Source: a virus | Taxonomy: Duplodnaviria > Caudoviricetes | Virus record (IMG/VR): IMGVR_UViG_3300042363_001486 | Reading direction: 5' to 3' (one strand) | DNA length: 64,000 nucleotides | Part shown: piece after piece, positions 17,637-27,272 of the stretch | How the letters are laid out: each line of letters opens with the position of its first letter | Position numbering within the stretch: the stretch's first letter is position 1 | Program-made: the position numbers and the translations under genes | Notes under the pieces: model-generated | Told to the model about the DNA's origin: nothing | What the model saw: only the letters and a program-made list of their open reading frames with translations | Database searches by the model: none

Positions 17637-18607
17637 TTTTTGTACTGATGTAATTGTCCTAAGTAATTGCCGCTGAAGTAATGATGGTAGTTGTACTCTA
17701 TAGTGTCCTGTTCTAGCAAGTATAAATCGTGCCAGTCAGCCACAGTAAGATTCTGAAACTTTGAGATCATTGTTATCAGTTCGACTAGTCGCTGTATGGG
17801 ATTCTGCATAGAATCAAATCGATAATCAAATAATTTAGTATAGCGTTTAAATCCGTAATATTTTTCCAGATGGACATGCCAGTTTGGTTGGGCATAAGCT
17901 AAAAAAAGACCACGGGTCACAATACTGTACAAAAATTTTTCTGTAACATATGGATAGTAACTGGTAGCCAAGGTTTCAGATATGATGTGTAAAAAACTAG
18001 AGGTTAGTTTGTTTTCCAGATTATAGATATTGGTTGCATGTTCGAATCGGACATGACCAAAACTGTTGACAGTTTTGAAAAAATTTTCGCTATCGTCACC
18101 GATAAAAAATTTCCTATAAAATCTCTGTTGCTCTAGATCAAGGTAATCTCCGAGATGTCCATCAACTACATCAGTATCAAAGGCAAAATTTTTGCTTATC
18201 TGATCTGGATGATACCAGCCAAATCTGTGCAGAATTGCCACTAGCAATTTGCGACCTACATGCGGCGATCCGTTAAAACTGCAAACAAAATGATCATATG
18301 ACTTTTCGGGATGGACGTGGTAATTATGGAAATGCTTAAAATTCCAGTAGTCGTGTGCCTGGAAGTCAGAAAGTAATGTTAGATTTGGATATTTTTCTTT
18401 CAATTGCGAAGTAACAACTTGATAGAGAGTTATTTTGTATTCAAGGTCATTGGACTGAGCATGATTTTGCAAATTAGAAAACAAAGTATTTCCTAGGTTT
18501 TCGTCAAAACCACCCAGATGGTCTCCCATTTCAAATTGCAGTGGAAGATCATGTATATTATCAAATTCTCGATATGGATAAAAAATAGAAAACATTGTTG
18601 ATTTCAT
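17633..18607 (-). CDS. Putative glycosyltransferase with a GT10/fucosyltransferase-like ExT...TEK motif
   Basis: IISET...YVTEK...FDYRFD; paralogous to 49156..50235. Confidence 0.5.
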   Translation of the reverse strand: MKSTMFSIFYPYREFDNIHDLPLQFEMGDHLGGFDENLGNTLFSNLQNHAQSNDLEYKITLYQVVTSQLKEKYPNLTLLSDFQAHDYWNFKHFHNYHVHPEKSYDHFVCSFNGSPHVGRKLLVAILHRFGWYHPDQISKNFAFDTDVVDGHLGDYLDLEQQRFYRKFFIGDDSENFFKTVNSFGHVRFEHATNIYNLENKLTSSFLHIISETLATSYYPYVTEKFLYSIVTRGLFLAYAQPNWHVHLEKYYGFKRYTKLFDYRFDSMQNPIQRLVELITMISKFQNLTVADWHDLYLLEQDTIEYNYHHYFSGNYLGQLHQYKN

Positions 18608-19221
18608 TTTGGTAACAATGAATCATTGTTAGATAACAAGACGGTTTTTTTATTGCCGTAATATTTTCCAGGTTGATCAATACTTTTCGTTACTACACTG
18701 CTCATAATAAACTCGCAATCAGAACAGATATTAATCTTGTCAGATACAATTGTACCTATGCCGATAGTGACATTGTCACCGATGGTGGTAGATCCGCCTA
18801 CAATAACACGAGGACTCAGTACAACGTTAGATCCTAACACATCGCCGTGACTGACTAAACAATAAGGGGTTATCCAACCAAACGGACCAATACTGGCTTC
18901 GTATCCCACAGTAACCATTGGTTGTATCACTGTGCCATTTGAAATTTTTTCTATGCCGGTCAATATCACGCTAGTGGGATGAATATAGCTGATCCATCTT
19001 AGATTCTCGCAGACAGAGTCCGAAACCAATGATAGTCTAAATGATCGATTAGCAAAGCCTGGAATACATTGGCTGTTTTTAGGTAGATTATATAGTTCTT
19101 GACGATCTATCAGCTTTATTTCTGCAGAAGTTTCTGCTTGAATCCAGTGTTTTAGTTCAACAGCCGGAACCCCGGTACCGATCACATAAAGAGTTTCGTC
19201 GGGATTAAAGTTAATCAACAT
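18604..19221 (-). CDS. PglD/NeuD-like hexapeptide-repeat sugar acyltransferase
   Basis: YIHPTS, left-handed beta-helix repeats, His in VSHG, SVVTKSI..PGKYYG. Confidence 0.8.
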   Translation of the reverse strand: MLINFNPDETLYVIGTGVPAVELKHWIQAETSAEIKLIDRQELYNLPKNSQCIPGFANRSFRLSLVSDSVCENLRWISYIHPTSVILTGIEKISNGTVIQPMVTVGYEASIGPFGWITPYCLVSHGDVLGSNVVLSPRVIVGGSTTIGDNVTIGIGTIVSDKINICSDCEFIMSSVVTKSIDQPGKYYGNKKTVLLSNNDSLLPK

Positions 19222-20686
19222 TCACTATAGATCCCAAAGTCTTACGATCTTTTTTACCGGTGACTGTTTCCGGGAATTGATCAACCATGTGTATCTTTTT
19301 AGGCAGTTGATGTTTCAGTAATTTGGAATTTAAAAATTGATCAAACTGGTCAGCATCAAAACAATCTGTTGGTATTACAAATGCATGGACTTGTGTGTTG
19401 ACGTCCTTCTTGATCCCGACTATTGCTACATTCTCTATTCCGGGGTATTTGAGTATTTCATTTTCTATATCAACCGGACTGACAATCAGATCGTTGACTT
19501 TAAACACATCATCCACTCGTCCAACAAAGATCAAATTTCCAGCCGAATCGATGTATCCAGTATCACCAGTTTTTACCCAGTGTCCAAAAAAAGTATTTTT
19601 TGTGGTATTATAATTTTTTAGGTAGTAACTAGCGATCATTTTGCTTCGAACATGTATTTCTCCGACAATACCTTGTTCGCATTCTTGATCTTGTTTATCC
19701 ATTATTTTTATCGTGACTCCGGGCAATGCCTTGCCCACTGTCCCTTGTTCGGATAGATTATTATTCGTAGTAGCGTAGTGAGTATTTGCCACTTCCAATT
19801 GTCCGATACTAGTAGATATCTTTATTCCAAATCTTTTGTAAAACTCATTGTAAGTCAGGTCCGGCAGAGATTCTCCGCTGCATTGCACTCGCACGACGCT
19901 AGTAGGTATTGAATATTTTTTAGAAGCTGGACCCAACAATTTTTTTATCACTGCAGGAGTAGATGCAACGACTGTGGGGCGGTATTTTTGCATCATTTGA
20001 AAAACCGTAGTGGGATTTGGCGGACCGGGTATCACAACCGCTGTGCCTCCTACTCCCAAAGTATACGTGATGGTGTTGTGTAATCCATAACCCCACGACA
20101 TTTTTGGCAGACTCATCATTGTGCTTGAGCTATCCATGCCATAGAGTGCCCGAGGTACTAACTCAACAATATCGAATAATATCTGATGTCGAAATACTGC
20201 TATTTTGGGAAGACCAGTCGAACCACTACTTAACCCCATATACACTGGAGCATCTGGATGTACCATGATTGGATTAATATCAGAAGTGGTTGTACTATAC
20301 AGTCGCAACATATGACTGCGAGATATCAAGGGTATATTTTTATGTTTAAATTGATCAATTCGAGCATCATCTATAAACATCATCTTACAGTCAACAAAAT
20401 CTATTATATCGTTAAATATTTCTTTTGTGATGTTGGCAGCAACTGGGATCGGTATTGCTCCGGCATAGATGCATCCTAAAAAAGCCACCGGCCAATCCAC
20501 ACAATCTTCCATGGTGATAATGATGTTTTGTCCTGGGGATAGCCCCATCTCAATTAGATTAGATGCTACTTGCCGAATCCTAATGGCCATTTGTCCGTAA
20601 GACATCTCTTGTATGCCATCAATGATCGCTATTTTTTCTGCTCGCTCTTTGTTTAATTCGATGACATGCTGTGCGAAATTGATCAT
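19211..20686 (-). CDS. AMP-dependent acyl/aryl-CoA ligase (benzoate-CoA-ligase-like, ANL superfamily)
   Basis: SSGSTGLPK P-loop, TGD, GRVDD, PETVTGK catalytic Lys; N-terminal DWPVAFLG..AG.IP resembles benzoate-CoA ligases. Confidence 0.85.
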   Translation of the reverse strand: MINFAQHVIELNKERAEKIAIIDGIQEMSYGQMAIRIRQVASNLIEMGLSPGQNIIITMEDCVDWPVAFLGCIYAGAIPIPVAANITKEIFNDIIDFVDCKMMFIDDARIDQFKHKNIPLISRSHMLRLYSTTTSDINPIMVHPDAPVYMGLSSGSTGLPKIAVFRHQILFDIVELVPRALYGMDSSSTMMSLPKMSWGYGLHNTITYTLGVGGTAVVIPGPPNPTTVFQMMQKYRPTVVASTPAVIKKLLGPASKKYSIPTSVVRVQCSGESLPDLTYNEFYKRFGIKISTSIGQLEVANTHYATTNNNLSEQGTVGKALPGVTIKIMDKQDQECEQGIVGEIHVRSKMIASYYLKNYNTTKNTFFGHWVKTGDTGYIDSAGNLIFVGRVDDVFKVNDLIVSPVDIENEILKYPGIENVAIVGIKKDVNTQVHAFVIPTDCFDADQFDQFLNSKLLKHQLPKKIHMVDQFPETVTGKKDRKTLGSIVNVD

Positions 20687-20774
20687 TGTATTATTTTTCT
20701 AGATTAATTGAGCTGCTCATTTTTTTCCAGTGTGCAGTCTGAGACTCAAACCACGGCTGCATATTTTTGAATAG

Positions 20775-20799
20775 CCAGTCCGGGCAATGCCCGGACTGG
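20775..20799. terminator. Perfect GC-rich 11-bp hairpin after gp32
   Basis: CCAGTCCGGGC-AAT-GCCCGGACTGG; no good U-tract on the minus strand. Confidence 0.55.
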
Positions 20800-20804
20800 T
20801 TTTG

Positions 20805-21812
20805 TTATTTCTGTTGACGGGCGCGGATCATAGCCAAGATGTCTTGAGCATTCTGACCACCGGCAGGTTTTGCTGGTGCTGCAACCGGAGAATCTGGCTC
20901 GAAAGGAAGATCATCTTCTACTGCAGGTGTTGATGTCTTGCTGGCATTATTGCCACCCAACGGTACGTTACCTTTGGCTACTGTAGCAGAAGCATCTTCA
21001 TCGCTGTTGGATCCAGCAGGTGCTTGCACGCCTGCAGGACGGAAGTACTGCCCCCAGCGTTCTGTGTCATACGGCTGGCCATCTACTGATGCTTCAAACA
21101 TTTCTTTCATAACCTTGAGCTCAACGTCTGTGGGCTTCTTGGGCAAGAAAGTTGAAAGATCAAACAAACCATGAGCTTCGATAGCAGATTGTTCTGCTTC
21201 AGTCAGCGCAGATTCTTTTCTAGACCATTTGCTGGTTGAGTAATCAGCATATCCACCTTTGCTGGTCTTAGCAATACGGAAGTCCAAACCACGCAACATG
21301 TCTGTTGGCAATTCTTCCAGTTCTGGATCCATCAAGGCCGACTTGATAGTGGCAAAAATTTGTGGACCGATTATGAATCGACGAATTGGATTTTCTGGAG
21401 TCTTGTCTTCGCTGATGGGATTTTCACGCACAAAGCCTTGAAACACATAGCTGCGCTTTTTCCAGTACTTACGACCCATTTCTTCAAGACTCTTGTCTTT
21501 GAACCAAGTGCGTACTTCTGCAAGAATAGGACATGCTTCTCCCCACATTTCTACACAAGGAACTTGAACCATTACTTGCTTGGAATCCATTTCACCTTTG
21601 ATTCCGTTGAAAGGCAAACGAATCATTGCTCGTTCGACCCAGAAAAATGTGTTTTTAGTGTTGGCGTCGGGTAAGAATCTCAGCAGTGCTGAGCTACCTT
21701 CTTCCATATTCCAGTGTGGGTAAATTGCCCCATCACCGCCGCCTGTGGATTGACCACCTTTGTTTGATTCTGCTGCTTGTAAACGTGCGCGAATTTCTGC
21801 TAGAGATGCCAT
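20805..21812 (-). CDS. gp32: Single-stranded DNA-binding protein (T4 gp32-like)
   Basis: LRFLP, zinc-site C..CP, GLDFRI.K..KGGYADY..SKW, acidic tail with DDLPF. Confidence 0.9.
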   Translation of the reverse strand: MASLAEIRARLQAAESNKGGQSTGGGDGAIYPHWNMEEGSSALLRFLPDANTKNTFFWVERAMIRLPFNGIKGEMDSKQVMVQVPCVEMWGEACPILAEVRTWFKDKSLEEMGRKYWKKRSYVFQGFVRENPISEDKTPENPIRRFIIGPQIFATIKSALMDPELEELPTDMLRGLDFRIAKTSKGGYADYSTSKWSRKESALTEAEQSAIEAHGLFDLSTFLPKKPTDVELKVMKEMFEASVDGQPYDTERWGQYFRPAGVQAPAGSNSDEDASATVAKGNVPLGGNNASKTSTPAVEDDLPFEPDSPVAAPAKPAGGQNAQDILAMIRARQQK

Positions 21813-21891
21813 AGTTGATTTTCCTTTAAGTTGCCTATGTTAAGTTGTTTTACTAATGCCTAGTATATGCCTGTTGCGTACACTATAATAC

Positions 21892-21921
21892 ATTGTACAC
21901 GAAACTATTTAGCTAAGTCAA
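21892..21921 (-). promoter_or_regulatory. gp32 promoter: TTGACT-18-TACAAT with a nested TAAATA late motif
   Basis: Direct reading of the upstream sequence. Confidence 0.55.
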
Positions 21922-21946
21922 AGATAAAGGCAAGACTATTTTGCCT

Positions 21947-22600
21947 TTATTGATGCATTATTTCAATATAATAAATCAAACATGAATCTTTGGGATACTT
22001 GAACCACTTAGGACTTCGAAACCAGTCTGTGACTTTCAATCCGGCAGACTCGATGTAAGGAGCAAATGTATCTACAGTAGTTTCCACCATGTTCTCTTGC
22101 AACAGTATTACTCCGTCTTTGGTCAGATGTCGGGCTATGTTGGCAAAGAAATTTTGATGCACTTGCCAGCCCGGGTCGCTTTCGATTCTAGAAACAGTAG
22201 GATCTGTTGAAGCGTGAAAAAAATGCGGCGGGTTTCCAACTATGAGATCAAATTTGGCGTTTTCTGGCAATTGACCGATGTCGCCTGTGTTGTAAATTGT
22301 AACTTGTGAATTGCACTGGTTATCCGGGTCGTCTTTAGTGCGCTGCGCTTGCTGTGCAGTCAGTGCGTGAATTTCAACCAGAGATAAGTGATTACAAAAA
22401 CCGTGATCCAATATAGAATATCCAATGTATCCAGGGCCAGAGCACCATTCCAAACAGTTATCAAAAATTCTGTTAGGATATCTTTCTGGTATGATTGAAA
22501 TATATTCTTGTCCAAACCAGGTGCCGCCGCCATCCATACCGGGCTGATAAAAAACTTTAAAATTTCTTGGGCCTTCTGTTGAAAAATACAAATTATTCAT
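21947..22600 (-). CDS. SAM-dependent amino-methyltransferase (NPPH motif)
   Basis: LEWCSGPG motif I, FDLIVGNPPHF; start placed at a TAATG overlap. Confidence 0.75.
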   Translation of the reverse strand: MNNLYFSTEGPRNFKVFYQPGMDGGGTWFGQEYISIIPERYPNRIFDNCLEWCSGPGYIGYSILDHGFCNHLSLVEIHALTAQQAQRTKDDPDNQCNSQVTIYNTGDIGQLPENAKFDLIVGNPPHFFHASTDPTVSRIESDPGWQVHQNFFANIARHLTKDGVILLQENMVETTVDTFAPYIESAGLKVTDWFRSPKWFKYPKDSCLIYYIEIMHQ

Positions 22601-23373
22601 TATAGTCTTTTGGGTAAATGTTTCCACTGTTCTTCTAACTCCCATTGCTTGTTGTCGGACAAAGCCCGATCTTGCCAGGACTGCATCCAGTTAGTGGTCG
22701 ATGTGCTAGTAATTAAGCCAGGAGCAACCACAGAGAGATATTCTAGGTGTTCCATTGGAGTAGGGTGAAAGTCTCTGCGGCCTATATTAGAATCAACAAT
22801 ACCGGTTCTGGACTGCCAATCTCTGTGGAATACTGTGTCGTATACGCTGGGTTTAATGACTGCAACAGTGTCTGCATACAGTTCTCGTACGTCCAGATCA
22901 TCAGATAATGTATCGTTAGGGTTTGATGCTAACCCCACATTCTCATTGGTTTCTGAAAAAGGAACCATACTAAAAAATGTGTACCGGCAACCAATCTGAT
23001 CTAGAAAATATCGTGCAGCAGTTATAGTAGCCAAATCACGTATAAGATATCCGCGTTCGCAGGTAAAATTCAAAATATATTCTGCAGGTAAGGAATTGCC
23101 AGCAGTCCAATACACATTACCAGCAGCTAGCCAACGATCCTTAACATAGCGATCTTCTCTGCTGGTGTTGGTCCACATAATGTAAACATCGTCGTCTTTG
23201 GTGATGGCATTTCTTTGATTGCATTCAATTAAACTGTAAAAAATTAAGCTATTACCAGCACCACACATGCCCCAGTTTTCGTAAAACTCATACTGTTGCC
23301 CTAGTGCATCAGCCCAAGTTGGCCAACGCCAGTACTGTGTAAAACTACAACCAAATGTAAACAGTCTTTTCAT
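22600..23373 (-). CDS. SGNH-like hydrolase/acyltransferase (GCSFT family)
   Basis: FGCSFT nucleophile block, GAGN, C-terminal DFHP. Confidence 0.55.
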   Translation of the reverse strand: MKRLFTFGCSFTQYWRWPTWADALGQQYEFYENWGMCGAGNSLIFYSLIECNQRNAITKDDDVYIMWTNTSREDRYVKDRWLAAGNVYWTAGNSLPAEYILNFTCERGYLIRDLATITAARYFLDQIGCRYTFFSMVPFSETNENVGLASNPNDTLSDDLDVRELYADTVAVIKPSVYDTVFHRDWQSRTGIVDSNIGRRDFHPTPMEHLEYLSVVAPGLITSTSTTNWMQSWQDRALSDNKQWELEEQWKHLPKRL

Positions 23374-24278
23374 AGATTTTGATTCATTATTTTATTCTGC
23401 AGTGCATCAAAATAGTGCAAGGACTTTGTCCAAAATTCTTCAGGAAAGTCTGGATACTGTGCTCGCATCCAAATCTCCGGTAACTCTGCGTCTTTATAAT
23501 AACCGTGTCGATAACGGGCAGGTTGTTTGTAAGATGTTTGTTGCATGGTATCGTAACCAAAGCTGATCACAACTATGGGTAATTGACCTGGGTACATCAG
23601 TTGGTTAACAGCTTCGATCAATTCCCATTCATGCATGATCAGTGCAGTCGGAGTATCGTTATAAACAATTAGTTGTTGATTGTACACCATCTCTACATGA
23701 CGAGACACAAACTCGCCTGAGAAATTCGCAGATACAAGTTTTCTTAATTGTTCTAAAGTAGATCTTTTTAGTATTCTAAAAGGAATTGCACTAGTGACAA
23801 AGAACCGATCGCCCTGTACCAATGGATGTTGCTGTATGTTTAATGCTTTTTTAATATAATTCAAAATCATCACAGTCATTGGATCATCTGTCAATGGCCT
23901 ATCTTGGACTGGAGTAATATTTTCTATATCTATGCGTTCGTCGAAGATGACATCACCGTCAACTACAAACCAAGAATCTCCCGGAAGGTATTGATCTAAA
24001 CAACACTTTACCAACTGCTGACGATACCACCCGATCGGGCATGATGTTATAGCAGGATTGATCTGGCCAAAGGGCACAAACTCTATTGGCAGATCAATGT
24101 CGCTGCAAATGTAAAATTGTTTCATGTCTGATACGTAGTCAGGCCAATGTTCAATTGTTACATCGTCGTAGACTAGAAAGAATTTTTCAATATCGGGATA
24201 AAAGAATTTAATAGAATCTAAGCACATCCGGGTCTGAAAAAAATGACCCGGATATGTAATAATTACAGCAGTTTTCAT
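23370..24278 (-). CDS. Putative GT-A glycosyltransferase
   Basis: GWYRQQLVK followed by VVDGD DxD motif. Confidence 0.55.
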   Translation of the reverse strand: MKTAVIITYPGHFFQTRMCLDSIKFFYPDIEKFFLVYDDVTIEHWPDYVSDMKQFYICSDIDLPIEFVPFGQINPAITSCPIGWYRQQLVKCCLDQYLPGDSWFVVDGDVIFDERIDIENITPVQDRPLTDDPMTVMILNYIKKALNIQQHPLVQGDRFFVTSAIPFRILKRSTLEQLRKLVSANFSGEFVSRHVEMVYNQQLIVYNDTPTALIMHEWELIEAVNQLMYPGQLPIVVISFGYDTMQQTSYKQPARYRHGYYKDAELPEIWMRAQYPDFPEEFWTKSLHYFDALQNKIMNQNL

Positions 24279-25682
24279 TTAGATTTTTGATAGATATTTT
24301 AGTCGTTCGATACTTTCACTGCTCATGTTTGACGGTTTAGTCATCATTACACCATCAGTGTCAAGATTTTCAGATTGAACAGGTTCTTCGTCGGGCGGAA
24401 CTGTAGCTGCAGTTGGATCAGCAGGAGGAGCAACTGTAAAATCTAGCTCGATACCTAATTCTGCTAACCTACTTTGTATTAAAGGTCTAGCATCGGCATC
24501 TGCATCACGTTCAGCTAACTCTGCCAGACGATCAAACAATTCGTCATCGCCAAAAATATCATACAATTGCTCAGTAGCATTGGTGGCATCTGCACCAACC
24601 GGTAAAGGCTTGCTCATTAAGAGTTTTAATTCAGCTTCAGCAGCAGGTGTGTCTGGTGTGCTCCACGTGCCTTCTGTAACCGAATCGGCCCAGTTTTCAA
24701 ATTCTGCAATTTCTTTCATGTCGGGATCCTGAGGTTGTGTTACAGCCTGAGCGGCACCGCTAAGTGCCAGTCGTGCCAACAAAGGAATAGCTTCTTCGAT
24801 CCTGCTGTCTAGACTCTGTTCGATAAACATATTTCTAATAGATTCAGCGGTAATTTCGGTTTCAGTGATTGCTGCAGGATCAAATGATGATTTTTCCTCG
24901 TGATAACCGCGTTGACTAATCATACGTTTAGCTTTGGCTTTGAGATCGCTGTAGTGTCTTATAGCCGTTTCAATCATGATCGAAGCTTCGTCTGAGAATT
25001 TTTTATTTTTAGCAGCACGAACAAACTTGGCCATGGTATTCATTTCTGAAACTATCTGACCGATATGTTGACCAAACGCATCGTACGGAGTACCCCCCTC
25101 ACTGACATGTCTAGCCATGGCGCGTCCTCCTACCATTTTGGTAAAAGGCAGTTTAAATCTTTCACCTTCGTCGGTTTCGATAAACAAGCTTTCGACATTA
25201 CGATAACGTGCTTCGCCTTCACCTAAGGGACGGCTATGTTTAATTACTAAGCGTGTTTTTTTTGGCTGATCGCTATAACTGATTTTACGTGTGCCATAAT
25301 AACCTTCGAATAAGCCTTCTTTGATAGCAGCTAATCCTTGCATGGTATACTTGAGTCGATTGAGATTTTCAACTTCGAATCCCATCAAATTGTTGCGTAC
25401 ACTGAATTGTTTGATCTGTTGTAGAAACTTGTACCATTCGTCCTTGTCTTGAGACTCCATTGTACGACCCAGGTTATCACCAAAGAATATCTTGAGACTG
25501 TTGTTGTCGCTGAACAAAATTACCACAGTGCCGTAATTTTTATTTTCGGTTTTCCAATCAAAACTAAACATCTCGGCTTCGCTGGGATCAGTGACTTCGG
25601 CTCCCTTAAAATCCAAGATATCTGGATCAAAGTCCTGTGTCACTAGTAAGTTGTAGAGTTGGGATTGTGGTGAATTCTGCAT
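24279..25682 (-). CDS. Hypothetical late/virion head-associated protein
   Basis: 467 aa after the terminase, TATAAATA promoter, several hydrophobic-x-E sites. Confidence 0.7.
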   Translation of the reverse strand: MQNSPQSQLYNLLVTQDFDPDILDFKGAEVTDPSEAEMFSFDWKTENKNYGTVVILFSDNNSLKIFFGDNLGRTMESQDKDEWYKFLQQIKQFSVRNNLMGFEVENLNRLKYTMQGLAAIKEGLFEGYYGTRKISYSDQPKKTRLVIKHSRPLGEGEARYRNVESLFIETDEGERFKLPFTKMVGGRAMARHVSEGGTPYDAFGQHIGQIVSEMNTMAKFVRAAKNKKFSDEASIMIETAIRHYSDLKAKAKRMISQRGYHEEKSSFDPAAITETEITAESIRNMFIEQSLDSRIEEAIPLLARLALSGAAQAVTQPQDPDMKEIAEFENWADSVTEGTWSTPDTPAAEAELKLLMSKPLPVGADATNATEQLYDIFGDDELFDRLAELAERDADADARPLIQSRLAELGIELDFTVAPPADPTAATVPPDEEPVQSENLDTDGVMMTKPSNMSSESIERLKYLSKI

Positions 25683-25696
25683 AATATGTATTTATA

Positions 25697-27247
25697 TCAA
25701 GTTAGCATAACAAACGGCAAGGGCTCTATGATAGAATCACGATGATCTCGCATTTGCTCATCTAAATCACTGTGATAACTTTGCAACACCTGCAGCATAC
25801 GAACTACTAGCAGTGCCGACATTACCAAGTCATCAGTTTCTCCAGGTTTGGCAGCATAACCAGTGCCGTGTGCTACAAAATTTTTAAGCTCCGTGACTAA
25901 GCTTGCACTGGATATAGTCATGCGTTGGCTTTCTATCAGATGTTTGAGTTTGGCGCAAGCAGCTAGTTTTGGCTTGTTACTGGTATTGAATCCTTTGCGA
26001 TTTTTTCCGGCTTCGCTAAGAAAATATCCTGGAATATTCTCTTCCCCGTATTCTGCAATACTAATTAATGCTGCTTCACCTATACTGTTGTTTTCAACAC
26101 TGTAATAAATGCTCTTGGAATCTTTGACTTCGTCATTGATATGCCGGATTATATCAGTCATGATACGAATTTGCGTAGGTATGTCGGTTCGATTGTGTCG
26201 CCACTCTGCTACTTGTTCTGTAGTGTTGGCTTCAAACACTTGAATAGCTGCTGGATCACCACCGGTTCCTAAGCTGGGGTCTAATCCAACCGCATAAATC
26301 TTTCCTGATTCTGGCTTTTTATACCAGCGAACTTCGCCTGTTTTGTACAAAGGATCACGGCCTGCTAAATCTATTAGCTTGGCAGGAGCAATTAAAGTTT
26401 CGTCGGCTATAATAAATTCGCAATCCATTTCTCTGCGAAAACGATCTACACCCAAAGCAGCACGTTGCTGTTGTGCCCAAGTTTCGTCTCTGTCAGGATG
26501 CTCATTCCAAAAGCTGCGATATGCTTTGAAACCGTTTTGTCCTACCATGGTAGGATTGCCGTATTCATCTTCACACTTGTTGGCACCTTTCCACAACAAG
26601 GCAAACTGATCTTCGTCTGAGTTTGGTGTTGATGTAATAATGGCTTTACCACCAGTTGCTAGTGTAGGGCTAATAGAAGTCCAGAACTCTGTGGCAATAG
26701 TGGGACGCACAAACGCAAATTCGTCAGCGTACAAGAGCGAGATACTCATACCTCGACCAGTATTTTCAGTTGTAGTGGCCGAAACTATACGTGATCCGTT
26801 ATCAAATTCTATGCTACCTTTGTTATAGTTAGTGGCACCAGCACGAATATGATCCGGTACACTTTCATAAGCGTAGCGTATACGCTGCATGATTTCTTGT
26901 GAGCCTGTGTATTTGTGTGCTGCTACTAAAATTGTACTGTCTGGCACAAACATAGCATACCATAACAGATATCCTGCTGCACTTGTTGATTTACCAGTCT
27001 GTCTGGGCATCATGCTGATGCTGTAACGGTAATTGTGATAAACGTCAATCAAGCGTTTCTGGTACTCAAACGGATGATACAACATACGCCCTTTGGTAGG
27101 ATGCTGTATGTAAAAGAAGTTATCCATAAAGTACTGTGGACCAGTAACTGAATCAGCACAGGCCACAAATTCATCAATCTGCTGTTGAGTATAAGTGAGA
27201 CTTTGATAAGGAGACTTAACTAAAACAACTTCTGGTTTCTTACTCAT
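25697..27247 (-). CDS. gp17: Terminase large subunit (T4 gp17-like)
   Basis: PRQTGKST Walker A, LLYADEFAF Walker B, TSTP, nuclease GLDPS and DDLVM motifs. Confidence 0.95.
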   Translation of the reverse strand: MSKKPEVVLVKSPYQSLTYTQQQIDEFVACADSVTGPQYFMDNFFYIQHPTKGRMLYHPFEYQKRLIDVYHNYRYSISMMPRQTGKSTSAAGYLLWYAMFVPDSTILVAAHKYTGSQEIMQRIRYAYESVPDHIRAGATNYNKGSIEFDNGSRIVSATTTENTGRGMSISLLYADEFAFVRPTIATEFWTSISPTLATGGKAIITSTPNSDEDQFALLWKGANKCEDEYGNPTMVGQNGFKAYRSFWNEHPDRDETWAQQQRAALGVDRFRREMDCEFIIADETLIAPAKLIDLAGRDPLYKTGEVRWYKKPESGKIYAVGLDPSLGTGGDPAAIQVFEANTTEQVAEWRHNRTDIPTQIRIMTDIIRHINDEVKDSKSIYYSVENNSIGEAALISIAEYGEENIPGYFLSEAGKNRKGFNTSNKPKLAACAKLKHLIESQRMTISSASLVTELKNFVAHGTGYAAKPGETDDLVMSALLVVRMLQVLQSYHSDLDEQMRDHRDSIIEPLPFVMLT

Positions 27248-27272
27248 TTTTATCTGCCTTGTATAACTGCAA

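Noticed and set aside
25697-27247. Intron or intein in the terminase
   Set aside because: Continuous 516-aa ORF with ATPase and nuclease motifs at normal spacing
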